A stretch of DNA of 64,000 nucleotides from Acidobacteriota bacterium (GTDB taxonomy: Bacteria > Acidobacteriota > UBA6911 > RPQK01 > JAJDTT01), in the NCBI GenBank assembly GCA_965217775.1, contig CBDCJH010000002.1:4256001-4320000 (forward strand), in the 5' to 3' direction. The notes below the pieces were generated by a model. It was given only the letters and a program-made list of their open reading frames with translations, was not told the DNA's origin and searched no databases. This document shows positions 17,550-26,609 of this stretch, one piece after another; positions within the stretch are counted from its first letter, which is position 1, and every line of letters begins with the position of its first letter. The translations under genes were made by a program, and so were the position numbers.

Positions 17550-19817
17550 ATGAGCAACACGGCTCGAATCGCGATCGGAATCATCTTGCTGATCCTGTCC
17601 GCTCCGGACCCACTCGCGGCCCCGGACGGCAAGGCTCCCGTGGAAGGAACGGTAATCGACTCGTCCGGCCGGGTCCTGGTGGGAGCCGACGTGTTTCTCC
17701 GGGATCTGGACTCCGGACTCGAGATTCACCAGGTCACGGACAATGAGGGCCGATTCCAGTTCCTGGCGGAGAGAGGGCGTTGCCAGGTCACCGCGGCCAT
17801 GTCCGGCTTCGACAGCACGACTCGAGAGCTGAACCTGGAGGAGAGCGGACCGGCCGACCTGCGGCTCCAACTCTCCCCCGCCCCTCTGGACACCCAGGTC
17901 GTGGTCGTCTCCGGCTCCCGGGAACAGGAGCTGATCGAGAATTCGACGACCAAAGTGGACGTCATCCCCAAGAGGATGCTTCACGACTCGGGATACGAAA
18001 CGGTGCGGGACGTCCTCGCGGAGGAACCCGGAATCGTCACCCGGAGCGGCGCCTCCGGCAACGTCTCCGAAACCCAGATCCAGGGAATCGACTCGCGCCA
18101 GAGCCTGATCCTGATCGACGGCCTTCCGGTGGTGGGCGCCAAGGGGATCAAACGGGGCATCCTCAATATGGACCGGCAGTCGATCGGCCGCCTGGAGCGG
18201 ATCGAAATCGTCAAGGGCGCCTCCTCGGCCGTCTACGGCTCCGATGCCATCGGCGGCGTCATCAACATGATCACTCGCGAACCCCGGTATCCCCTGGAAG
18301 CCAGCGTCACCACCAGCGGAGGTTCCCTGAACCGTTTCGACATGCGCGCGGACGTGGGTTTCGTGAAGGACAAGTGGAGCGGTTTCTTCGAGGCCGAGCG
18401 CCACAAGCAAAATCCCTTCAACCTGATCCCCTCCCGGTTCGGCACCACCGGATCCGGATTTCATCGTTACGACTACCTGGGGAAGCTCGGCTACGAGTTC
18501 TCGGAACGCTTCAAGCTCAGGGCCACGGCTCACGCCTTCGTCAACCAGGACAAGGGAGCCTACTACAGCGAAGCGGGTCCCACCGACAGCATCACCGACG
18601 ACACGGCCCAACACTACGCCCTTTCGGCGGACGTCGGCTTGACTCCCCTGACCCAGTGGAACCTCCGGGGCTTCTACGGAAAATACGACGAGAGCTCGGT
18701 TCTGGACGTCCTGCCCCAACCGGGCCCCATCAATTCGGTGGCCAATCTCAATCAGCGCCTCTACCGCTTGGACAGCTCCATCTCCCATGTCCTCGGGGCG
18801 CACCAGTTGCTGCAGGGTGGAGTGGAGTGGACCCAGGATGAGTACCGGGGATTCAACCGCGTCCTCGGGGACAATGACGGCCAAGGGATCGACATGGTCG
18901 ATCTCTGGATCAATGATCGCATCTCGCTCCACGAACGGTTCATATTGACCCTCGGGAGCCGTTTCAATCGCCACAACCTGTACGGGAACCACTTCGTGCC
19001 GCGCGCCAGCGGCCTGTTCCGGCTCGCCGGGAACTTCCGGCTCCGAGGTACCGTGGGCCGTGGATTTCGGTCGCCCGATCTGGGACAGCTCTTCTTCCGG
19101 TTCCAGAACCCGACGCACCACTATCAGGTGATCGGAAACACCCACCTGCAACCGGAGCGGTCGACCAGCTACCAGGCCGGTTTCGACTATGGCGCGGACA
19201 GCTTTCGCTTTGCCGCCAACTTCTTCCGCAACGACATCCAGGAGTTGATCCAGGCGGAGTACATCGGATTTCCCACCAACCCGGGGGAAATGCAGGGCCT
19301 GCTTCGAACTTACGGCATCGCGACCGAGTTCAGCCCCGCCCTTTTTCGCGCCTTCTACCTCTATCGGAACGTGGACAACGTCTATACCTCCGGCGTCGAG
19401 AGCAAACTGGAGCTGAAGTTGACCCGCAACCTGTTGATCTCTGCCGGGTACACCTACCTGGACGCCCGCGACAAGGCGACCGACGCCTTTCTCAGCGGGC
19501 GGCACCGCCATCATGGGAACTTTCGCATCTTCTACAGCTCAAACCGATTCGGCGGATGGCGAACGAACCTGCGCGGCACCTACTTCAGCAAATGGCCGGT
19601 TTCGGGCAGGGGAGGATTGCTGATCGGCGACGCACACCAGATCTGGGACTGGTACGTGGCCAAACCCATCGCCCGGGGAGTGGAGATGTATTTCGTGGTG
19701 GACAACCTGCTCGACAGCAAGGATCCCGGCCTGGACGCCAACAGTCCTTCGTTCTTACGTGCGGATCCGGGACGACTGATCCGCGTCGGACTGCGCTGGA
19801 GCTTCAACCGTGAGTGA
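17550..19817 (+). CDS. TonB-dependent receptor (CirA/BtuB/heme-receptor-like) with N-terminal carboxypeptidase-regulatory-like domain
   Basis: VVVSGSR TonB box, LILIDG, IEIVKGASSAVYGSDAIGGVIN plug motif, GNTHLQPE; ATG 17550 after AAGGAG. Confidence 0.93.
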   Translation: MSNTARIAIGIILLILSAPDPLAAPDGKAPVEGTVIDSSGRVLVGADVFLRDLDSGLEIHQVTDNEGRFQFLAERGRCQVTAAMSGFDSTTRELNLEESGPADLRLQLSPAPLDTQVVVVSGSREQELIENSTTKVDVIPKRMLHDSGYETVRDVLAEEPGIVTRSGASGNVSETQIQGIDSRQSLILIDGLPVVGAKGIKRGILNMDRQSIGRLERIEIVKGASSAVYGSDAIGGVINMITREPRYPLEASVTTSGGSLNRFDMRADVGFVKDKWSGFFEAERHKQNPFNLIPSRFGTTGSGFHRYDYLGKLGYEFSERFKLRATAHAFVNQDKGAYYSEAGPTDSITDDTAQHYALSADVGLTPLTQWNLRGFYGKYDESSVLDVLPQPGPINSVANLNQRLYRLDSSISHVLGAHQLLQGGVEWTQDEYRGFNRVLGDNDGQGIDMVDLWINDRISLHERFILTLGSRFNRHNLYGNHFVPRASGLFRLAGNFRLRGTVGRGFRSPDLGQLFFRFQNPTHHYQVIGNTHLQPERSTSYQAGFDYGADSFRFAANFFRNDIQELIQAEYIGFPTNPGEMQGLLRTYGIATEFSPALFRAFYLYRNVDNVYTSGVESKLELKLTRNLLISAGYTYLDARDKATDAFLSGRHRHHGNFRIFYSSNRFGGWRTNLRGTYFSKWPVSGRGGLLIGDAHQIWDWYVAKPIARGVEMYFVVDNLLDSKDPGLDANSPSFLRADPGRLIRVGLRWSFNRE

Positions 19818-21087
19818 CCGCTCTCCAAAAGAGTCCCCAACCCAGCAGCCGAAGGGCGAGATGAGACCAACGTCGCGCCACTCACGCCGGGGATTTCTTG
19901 CGGCCTGTCTGGCTGTCCCCTGCTACGCGGCCCAGTGGACGGGGTTTCGGGGGCAGGGGACCAGTCGGGCATCGGGAGCCGGCTACCCACTCGAATGGTC
20001 CCCCGAGAAGAACCTGGCGTGGGACGTGCAACTCCCCGGGTACGGCCAGTCCAGCCCGGTGGTCCATGGTTCGCAAGCGTTTCTGACGGCGTTGGAAGGC
20101 CCTTACAAGGAGACTCTTTCGGTCCTGTCGCTGAGTCTGGAGACGGGAGAACTCCTCTGGCGGAGGAACTTTTCTCCGACCCAGCGGGTCAAGGTCAGCA
20201 ACATGGTCAGCAAGGCCGCCCCGACGCCCGCCGCGGACGCCGACTCCGTCTATACCTTCTTCGAGACGGGGGAATTCCTGGCGCTCAGTCACGCCGGCGA
20301 GCTTCGCTGGCAACGCAGCCTGGTCCAGGAGTACGGCGAGTTCCAGGGGCGTCACGGCATCGGGAGCTCGCTGCGGCTGACGCGGAAAGGCGTCCTGGTG
20401 CTGGCGGCTCACAGCGGCCCCAGCTTCCTGCTGTCGGCGGACCAGAAAACAGGGGAGAACCTCTGGAGAAGCGAGCGGCCCCACGGCATCGCCTGGAGCA
20501 CGCCGGCCGTCTGCCGGCACCGGAACGAAGAGATCATTCTGGCCGGAGGCGGGGACCGGCTCGACGCCTTCCGCAGCCGGGACGGTAGCTTGCTCTGGAA
20601 CCTGGACGGGTTGGAAGGGAACCGGGTTCCCTCACCGACCCCTTTCCCGGGCGGCGCCATCGTCGGCTCCAGCAAGAAGGGACACAACCTGTCCATTCGT
20701 TTCCCGGGCAGGGACGAGGACAGGCCTTCAATCATGTGGAGAGCCGCGAACGCGAGCACCTATTTCTGCTCGCCGCTGGTCTATCGGGACCAGGCCTACT
20801 TCGTCAACAAGGCCGGAGTCGCCTATTGCTTGAGCCTGACCAGCGGAGAAGAGCTCTGGACCCAGCGGCTCCAAGGCCAGAACTGGGTCTCCCCCATCGG
20901 CGCGGGAGACCAAATCTATTTCTTTTCCATGAAACGGGGAACCGACGTGCTGCGGGCCTCGAGCCGCTTCGAGAAGCTGGCCGAGAATCCTCCGCTGGCC
21001 GGCGGGCGCCTGTACGGCGTGGCTGCGGCCGATTCCGCTTTCCTGATCCGTTACGGAGAGAGGCTGATCAAGATCGTCCGATCGTAG
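19810..21087 (+). CDS. PQQ-like/BamB-type beta-propeller protein, Tat-like signal
   Basis: SRRGFL, WTGFRG, GQSSPVV, repeated TGE.LW motifs. Confidence 0.88.
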   Translation: MSDRSPKESPTQQPKGEMRPTSRHSRRGFLAACLAVPCYAAQWTGFRGQGTSRASGAGYPLEWSPEKNLAWDVQLPGYGQSSPVVHGSQAFLTALEGPYKETLSVLSLSLETGELLWRRNFSPTQRVKVSNMVSKAAPTPAADADSVYTFFETGEFLALSHAGELRWQRSLVQEYGEFQGRHGIGSSLRLTRKGVLVLAAHSGPSFLLSADQKTGENLWRSERPHGIAWSTPAVCRHRNEEIILAGGGDRLDAFRSRDGSLLWNLDGLEGNRVPSPTPFPGGAIVGSSKKGHNLSIRFPGRDEDRPSIMWRAANASTYFCSPLVYRDQAYFVNKAGVAYCLSLTSGEELWTQRLQGQNWVSPIGAGDQIYFFSMKRGTDVLRASSRFEKLAENPPLAGGRLYGVAAADSAFLIRYGERLIKIVRS

Positions 21088-21111
21088 CCCCAATACTAAG
21101 GAGAGACGACC

Positions 21112-21339
21112 ATGTTGGATCAATGCCAAAAATATGAATTCCAGGTTCTTTCAAGGCGGGAAAATTTCGGAGTCGTGGCCCAATGCCCCAACGGCTGCAT
21201 TCACGTCTGCGTGGGAAACACCGCCTTGAGACTCTCGACGGATCAGTACTGGAAGATGATGGAACTGCTGGCCGAATCGGCTCAGCAGATTGCCGGCCAG
21301 GACGCCGCCAAGCAGAACGAACAGCAACTAATCCAGTGA
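21112..21339 (+). CDS. Small Cys/His-containing protein (CPNGCIHVC)
   Basis: AAGGAG ribosome-binding site; co-oriented within the operon. Confidence 0.7.
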   Translation: MLDQCQKYEFQVLSRRENFGVVAQCPNGCIHVCVGNTALRLSTDQYWKMMELLAESAQQIAGQDAAKQNEQQLIQ

Positions 21340-21459
21340 AAACGGAACTATCCAGCGACCAAGCGTAGACAGTCCGTCTCTTGCTTGGAGCAGGCCTGAT
21401 GGAGCGGAGGCCGGCGCGGACGCCGTGTCCACCTGTTCCCACGAGCCAGGAGATCAGAT

Positions 21460-23136
21460 ATGAAGAATCGAAGCCTTATCGGATCCCTTTTGGGATTGGT
21501 CCTAATGACGGGATCTCTGCATGCCCATTTCATCTGGGCTGTGATGGAGAAAACGGAAAGCGGCAATCTACAAGCCCAATTCTACTTCAGCGAAACCGCG
21601 ACCCCGGACTCTGCCGAGTTTCTGGATCGTTTGACCCGGTTGCAAGCGTGGCATCGCACCCCTGAAGGGGAATACGCGCCTCTCCAGCTCCGCAAGATCG
21701 AAAGCGATGACGGTGGCTTGCTCGCCGGCGCTCTGACTTCGGGCCGGGGCAACATCGAGGCGGAATGCCTCTACGGCACGTTCTCCCACGGCGGCCAGAC
21801 CATGTTGCTCCACTACTACGCCAAGTCGCTCAATTCGGACGCAAGCGACGGCCTCAGGCGCTCCCGGAAGCTGGATCTGGACGTCTCGCCGCGGCTGGAG
21901 AACGGGGAACTGCAACTCAACGTCTTCTGGAAGGGCAAGCCCGCGGCGGACTCGCAAGTCATGGTGACGCCTCCGGACGGGAAACCGGTGGAGCTCACGA
22001 CTGAAGCCGACGGGACGACCCGTCTCAAGTCACCGGTACCCGGCCGCTACGAGATCCGGGCCCGATGGATCGTGAAGGAAGCCGGCTGGTTCGAGGAGGA
22101 GAGGTACGCCGAAGCCAGGCACTATTCGGCGGTCACCTTCGATACGTCTTCGTCCGTTCCGGACGACTCTCAGGCAACTTCCGGCGCGGGAACGACCGGG
22201 AATCCCCGGCTCACCGACCTTCCCAAGGGAATCACGAGTTTCGGTGCGGCGGTGATCGGCGATTGGATGTACGTCTACGGCGGACACTTCGGCCGGGCTC
22301 ACCACTACTCCAACACCAGTCAATCCGACCAGCTCAGCCGCCTGAATCTTAGAAAGCCCGGAGACTGGGAGATCGTTGCCCAGGGTCCACGGCTGCAGGG
22401 ACTGGCCATGGTGGCCCATGGCGGCAAGCTGTACCGCGCCGGCGGATTCACGGCCCACAACGACGAGGGCGATGAGCATGACTTGCGCTCCATAGTCGAG
22501 TTCGTCCGCTTCGATCCGGAGACGGGAAAATGGGAGTCCCTGGCCGATCTGCCGGAGCCCCGCTCGTCCCATGACGCCGTGGTGATCCAGGACAAGCTTT
22601 ACGTCGTGGGGGGCTGGCGGCTCGGCGGCGAAAAGCCCGTTTGGCACGAGACAGCCTGGATGGCGGATCTGTCGAAAGAAGAGATCGCATGGACTCAACT
22701 CCCCAGCCCACCCTTCCAGCGGCGTGCCCTCTCTCTGGGACACCTGGACGGCAAGCTCTTCGTCATCGGGGGAATGCAACCCAAGGGCGGCCCCACGACG
22801 CGAGTCGACGTCTTCGATCCGGCCAGCGGCAAGTGGTCGCAGGGGCCCAGCATGATCGACACCCGTGCCGACGCCGACCGGGGCAAGGGGATGGAGGGCT
22901 TCGGCGCCTCGGCCTATAACCTGGGAGGCCGACTCATCGTCAGCACCTACAACGGCAATGTCCAAGTCCTGGGGACCGGCGACGGCGAGTGGACGATCGC
23001 GGCCCGGCTCCAGGATGACCGGTTCTTCCATCGCATGCTGCCGTTCGAAAGCCGGCTATTGCTCGTCGGCGGCGCGAGTATGCGGAGTGGCAAACGCCTT
23101 CACTTCGAGACGGTCGAATTATCCAGCCTCAGATAA
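21460..23136 (+). CDS. Exported DUF4198-like domain fused to a Kelch-repeat propeller
   Basis: Signal peptide ending LHA|HFIW, HYYAK, WKGKPAAD; C-terminal half has YVYGG/YRAGG/YVVGG/FVIGG Kelch repeats. Confidence 0.8.
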   Translation: MKNRSLIGSLLGLVLMTGSLHAHFIWAVMEKTESGNLQAQFYFSETATPDSAEFLDRLTRLQAWHRTPEGEYAPLQLRKIESDDGGLLAGALTSGRGNIEAECLYGTFSHGGQTMLLHYYAKSLNSDASDGLRRSRKLDLDVSPRLENGELQLNVFWKGKPAADSQVMVTPPDGKPVELTTEADGTTRLKSPVPGRYEIRARWIVKEAGWFEEERYAEARHYSAVTFDTSSSVPDDSQATSGAGTTGNPRLTDLPKGITSFGAAVIGDWMYVYGGHFGRAHHYSNTSQSDQLSRLNLRKPGDWEIVAQGPRLQGLAMVAHGGKLYRAGGFTAHNDEGDEHDLRSIVEFVRFDPETGKWESLADLPEPRSSHDAVVIQDKLYVVGGWRLGGEKPVWHETAWMADLSKEEIAWTQLPSPPFQRRALSLGHLDGKLFVIGGMQPKGGPTTRVDVFDPASGKWSQGPSMIDTRADADRGKGMEGFGASAYNLGGRLIVSTYNGNVQVLGTGDGEWTIAARLQDDRFFHRMLPFESRLLLVGGASMRSGKRLHFETVELSSLR

Positions 23137-23210
23137 CCCACTACCGTCGGGTGAGGAGTGCCTCTGCCGGGCGGGGTCCGGCGAAATCCGGGAAGAAACA
23201 GAGGCTGCTT

Positions 23211-23272
23211 GGGAGTGGCGGCTTCCAGTCGCCGATTCCAGGGGGCTTGGGGGACTACAAGTCCCCCCTCCC
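23211..23272. repeat. Inverted pair of REP-like hairpins
   Basis: GGAGTGGCGGCTTCCAGTCGCCG and GGGGGACTACAAGTCCCCCCTCCC between convergent genes. Confidence 0.6.
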
Positions 23273-23293
23273 AGCAAGAACGACCGATCCCGT

Positions 23294-24826
23294 TTACGGG
23301 AAACGAAGAGAGTAGAGATCGGCGTCCCTCATGGAGATCTTGAGGCGAACGGTGCGGCCCGCGAGCCCCTCGACGCTGGAACCCGCCCTCCATGTCACTT
23401 CCCGTTCGATTTCGTCCCCGTAGATCTCCGGGCAATCTTCAAGGGTATAGCCTGGGACCGGCACGCCTGCCGCATCCTGAATCTCCACCCGGATGCTTCC
23501 GGCGGCGGAGGTCGAGTAGTTGAGGATCAGTCTCGACCCGGAGAACTGCAGGGGGCGGGTCCGGACCACGCCTCCCTCGTAGGGGGCGCGGAGGGAGACG
23601 AAGCCATCCTCGCGCAACACCGCCCGGCGAATCCGGACTTGGTCCGTCTTGGCCTGCTCGGCGTAGTACAGGGACATCTCGCCGGGAGCGGTGGGCACCA
23701 GAGCCGGCCCTGCCTGGATGGCCCGTTCGTGCCAGTTCAAAGGGTTCGATCCGGGACGGAGGAACGCCTCCATGAACCGCCGGTCGAAGTTCAGCCCGTC
23801 CCGGCTGAACATGAAGACCACGTCCGACTGACCGGGTAACGGCCAGTCGGCGTGAAATTTCCGGGTGGGGAGAAACCGTTTCGGGAACATGAGGATCAGG
23901 TCCGGACGCCGATAGTAGGGCAGGGCCGAATTCTTGTAGAGGTGCTCCAGGGGCGTCCCGCCGAGACCGATGTATTCGGGCTCGGACCAGTTCCGGAAGT
24001 CCTTGGAGGTGAAGCGGCGGATGTCCCGGATCCGGCTGACCTTCTCGACCACTCCCGAGGGCCGGCTCACCAGGACATGGTGGGGTCCCTTCCCAACCGT
24101 CTTTCCGTCCAGGGGCCTGCTTCCGCGACGGTACCAACCCCGGGCGTAGATGGCGTAGTGCGCCCGCACTGAATCCCACAGGATGATGTTGTGGGAGTCG
24201 AAGGCTCCGTCTCCCAGGGGCGGAACGACGATGGGTTCCGTCTGGACCATGCGCCAGCGCAGGCCGTCGGGGGAGACCAGACCGTACAGCAGGGCGATGT
24301 CCCGACCCGAAGGCAGGGTGGTTCCCTGGTTGGTGATGGCCTTGTAGCGCTCCCGGGGATCTGCTTCGGGGTTCTCGTCCTTGACCACGGAGACGGACCG
24401 GCCCTTGCCGCCAGGCACGGGCCACACCAGGTTGTTCTCCTTCGAACCTTCGTGCCGGATGAGGCCAAGTTTGGGCTTCACCCAATGGATCCCGTCCAGA
24501 CTCTCGGCGTAGGCAGTGTAGATGGGTTTCTCCACGGCCCGGGCCCGATACCACATCCGGTACCGGTACCCGTCCTTGATGACCACCGGGTTGTAGATGG
24601 CGTGGTCCTCCCAGGGACGGTCCCGCCGCAGAACGATCTCCCGCGGTTCCGGACGGTGCAGGACGTGGCGGACGTTGTCCAGGCTTTCGATCAGCCACTC
24701 GTCCCAGAGCGGCTGGAGTTGGCTTCCCACCTCACGCACCTCGGAGGGAGCCGGAAAGCCCGTCGAAAACAGCCCGCAGAAGAGCAGACCGGCCGCCACC
24801 CAGCCTTTGCCCGGACGCGGGGTCAT
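23294..24826 (-). CDS. GH32/GH43-like five-bladed beta-propeller protein, exported
   Basis: YAESLDGIHWVKP, SPDGLRW, FDSHN, SRDG, LREDGFVS, DLYSLRF; overlaps the upstream gene by ATGA. Confidence 0.78.
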   Translation of the reverse strand: MTPRPGKGWVAAGLLFCGLFSTGFPAPSEVREVGSQLQPLWDEWLIESLDNVRHVLHRPEPREIVLRRDRPWEDHAIYNPVVIKDGYRYRMWYRARAVEKPIYTAYAESLDGIHWVKPKLGLIRHEGSKENNLVWPVPGGKGRSVSVVKDENPEADPRERYKAITNQGTTLPSGRDIALLYGLVSPDGLRWRMVQTEPIVVPPLGDGAFDSHNIILWDSVRAHYAIYARGWYRRGSRPLDGKTVGKGPHHVLVSRPSGVVEKVSRIRDIRRFTSKDFRNWSEPEYIGLGGTPLEHLYKNSALPYYRRPDLILMFPKRFLPTRKFHADWPLPGQSDVVFMFSRDGLNFDRRFMEAFLRPGSNPLNWHERAIQAGPALVPTAPGEMSLYYAEQAKTDQVRIRRAVLREDGFVSLRAPYEGGVVRTRPLQFSGSRLILNYSTSAAGSIRVEIQDAAGVPVPGYTLEDCPEIYGDEIEREVTWRAGSSVEGLAGRTVRLKISMRDADLYSLRFP

Positions 24827-26547
24827 GTCCGGAAGTCCTCGGGTGAGAAGTAGACTCCGTAGAGATGGGACTTGGTTCGAGGATCGCCCCGGTTGCTGTA
24901 ATCCACCATGAACACGCGTCCGTCCTCCAGCTCCACCCAGGAGGAGTAGCCGTTGTCGGGCCGGTGGGTGGCGGACGGTGTGTTGGCGTGGAGCTCCAGC
25001 ATGTGGTCCAACTGGTACTGGTCGGGATACTCGCCGCTTTCGGCTCGCCACTCCCATTGGTGATGCGGCTCGGTCTCGTTGCTGACCTGGTAGGCGGCGC
25101 GGCTCCACCAGCTCCTGCCTTTGCCGCTCTCCGCCCGCCCGAACCAAGTCTCCAGCAGCGGAAAGTCGTTGTACAGAGCCCGGCTCATGACCACCTTGCC
25201 GTCGACCTGGACGGTGAACAGTCCCTTCCAGGCGTTGAGCCGGACGTTTCTCGGCTTCGTCATGTCCAGCTTGTGGATCAGGTCGATGCGCCCGCCGCTG
25301 GCCCGGTTCGGACCCAGGTCCCGTTTGGGTGCGTAGAGCCAGAGGCCGTTGCTGCAGACGTCCAATCGCCGTTCCAGACGGCCGATCTCCAGTGAGGCGA
25401 TGGGCTGGTCGGGAGGACCCTCGACCCGAATCCCGGCCTCGAGGAAGAGGTCGCTACGGAAATTCTCGGGAGGAAGGAGAATGTATTGGGTGACGGCGCC
25501 GGGGACGTCCTCGATGCACAGCTCCCCCGATTCGAGCTTCACCCGGTCGTGGTAGTGAACCCCTCCCAGCTTGAAACCGGGGTTGCGCCGCAGGTCTCCG
25601 ATCCAGGCGTGGGTGCCCCGGTTGCCCGACCGGTTCCGGTAGGTGACCAGGACCCGCCCATCGGGAAGTTCCTTGGCGTAGGGACGGTCTCCCGCGAAGG
25701 GCATGGGTTCGGGGCGGCTCCAGTTCCGGCCCCCGTCGTTGGAGAAGCAGAGGTAGGAGGGGTATCCGTGATGGTTGCTCTCCCTCAGCACGCAGGCGAG
25801 GGAGCCGTCCGAGAGGACCACGATGGCGGCTTCCGAATGATGGTGGACCGCGTCGGCCGCGACCATGCTCCGGTCCTTCCAGGTCATCCCGCCGTCGGTG
25901 GAGCGCATGACGAACACCCCGATCTTGCGCGTGGCCTTGAAGAAGATCTGGGAGGCCATCAGCAGGGTCCCGTCATTCAGCTCCACGATCCGGTCCGGCT
26001 CGAAGCCTGGGACGCCCGTCAGGCGGGGTACGCTCCAGCTCCGGCCCTCGTCCGAGCTGAACCAGCTCCAGATTCCGGGAGGCTGATCCTCGTGGATGTG
26101 GCTGAAGTCGTTCTGGTCGCAGATGACGACCAGCCGCCCGTCGCTGAGGCGGCTGATCCGGGGGGTCACCCAGCGTTCCTCCCCTTTTCGCGGGTCCGCC
26201 TCCGAGACCAGCCGCGGGTTTCCCCAGGTTTTCCCATTGTCATGGCTCTCCAGGGTCGTGAGCCGGGTCGTCTCCTGGGGCCAGTGGGCGTCGCAGTCGT
26301 TGTAGACCAGCATCAGCTTCCCGCCGGGAAAGCGGATCAGGTCGGGGTTCTTGGTGAAGCGCCCCTGGGGCCTCCAGACCAGGACCTGACGGTCGGCCAC
26401 GGCGTCCAGGGACCGCATACGGCTGCGCCGGCCGGCGGATGCGGCGGACAACATGGTGCTGGGAAACCCTGGGGAAACGGAGGCGAAGGCACCGGCTCCC
26501 AGGGACCGGTTCAGAAAACGGCGTCGATTCATGAACATGCTTTTCAT
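24823..26547 (-). CDS. Sialidase-like BNR/Asp-box protein, Tat-exported
   Basis: NRRRFL; Asp boxes SHDNGKTW, SSDEGRSW, STDGGMTW, SNDGGRNW; DNGYS. Confidence 0.82.
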   Translation of the reverse strand: MKSMFMNRRRFLNRSLGAGAFASVSPGFPSTMLSAASAGRRSRMRSLDAVADRQVLVWRPQGRFTKNPDLIRFPGGKLMLVYNDCDAHWPQETTRLTTLESHDNGKTWGNPRLVSEADPRKGEERWVTPRISRLSDGRLVVICDQNDFSHIHEDQPPGIWSWFSSDEGRSWSVPRLTGVPGFEPDRIVELNDGTLLMASQIFFKATRKIGVFVMRSTDGGMTWKDRSMVAADAVHHHSEAAIVVLSDGSLACVLRESNHHGYPSYLCFSNDGGRNWSRPEPMPFAGDRPYAKELPDGRVLVTYRNRSGNRGTHAWIGDLRRNPGFKLGGVHYHDRVKLESGELCIEDVPGAVTQYILLPPENFRSDLFLEAGIRVEGPPDQPIASLEIGRLERRLDVCSNGLWLYAPKRDLGPNRASGGRIDLIHKLDMTKPRNVRLNAWKGLFTVQVDGKVVMSRALYNDFPLLETWFGRAESGKGRSWWSRAAYQVSNETEPHHQWEWRAESGEYPDQYQLDHMLELHANTPSATHRPDNGYSSWVELEDGRVFMVDYSNRGDPRTKSHLYGVYFSPEDFRT

Positions 26548-26609
26548 TTCGAACCTCCAACGGGGAATGAGGAATGGGGGACAAGACCGTCCCCCCTCCC
26601 AGGTCGTTG

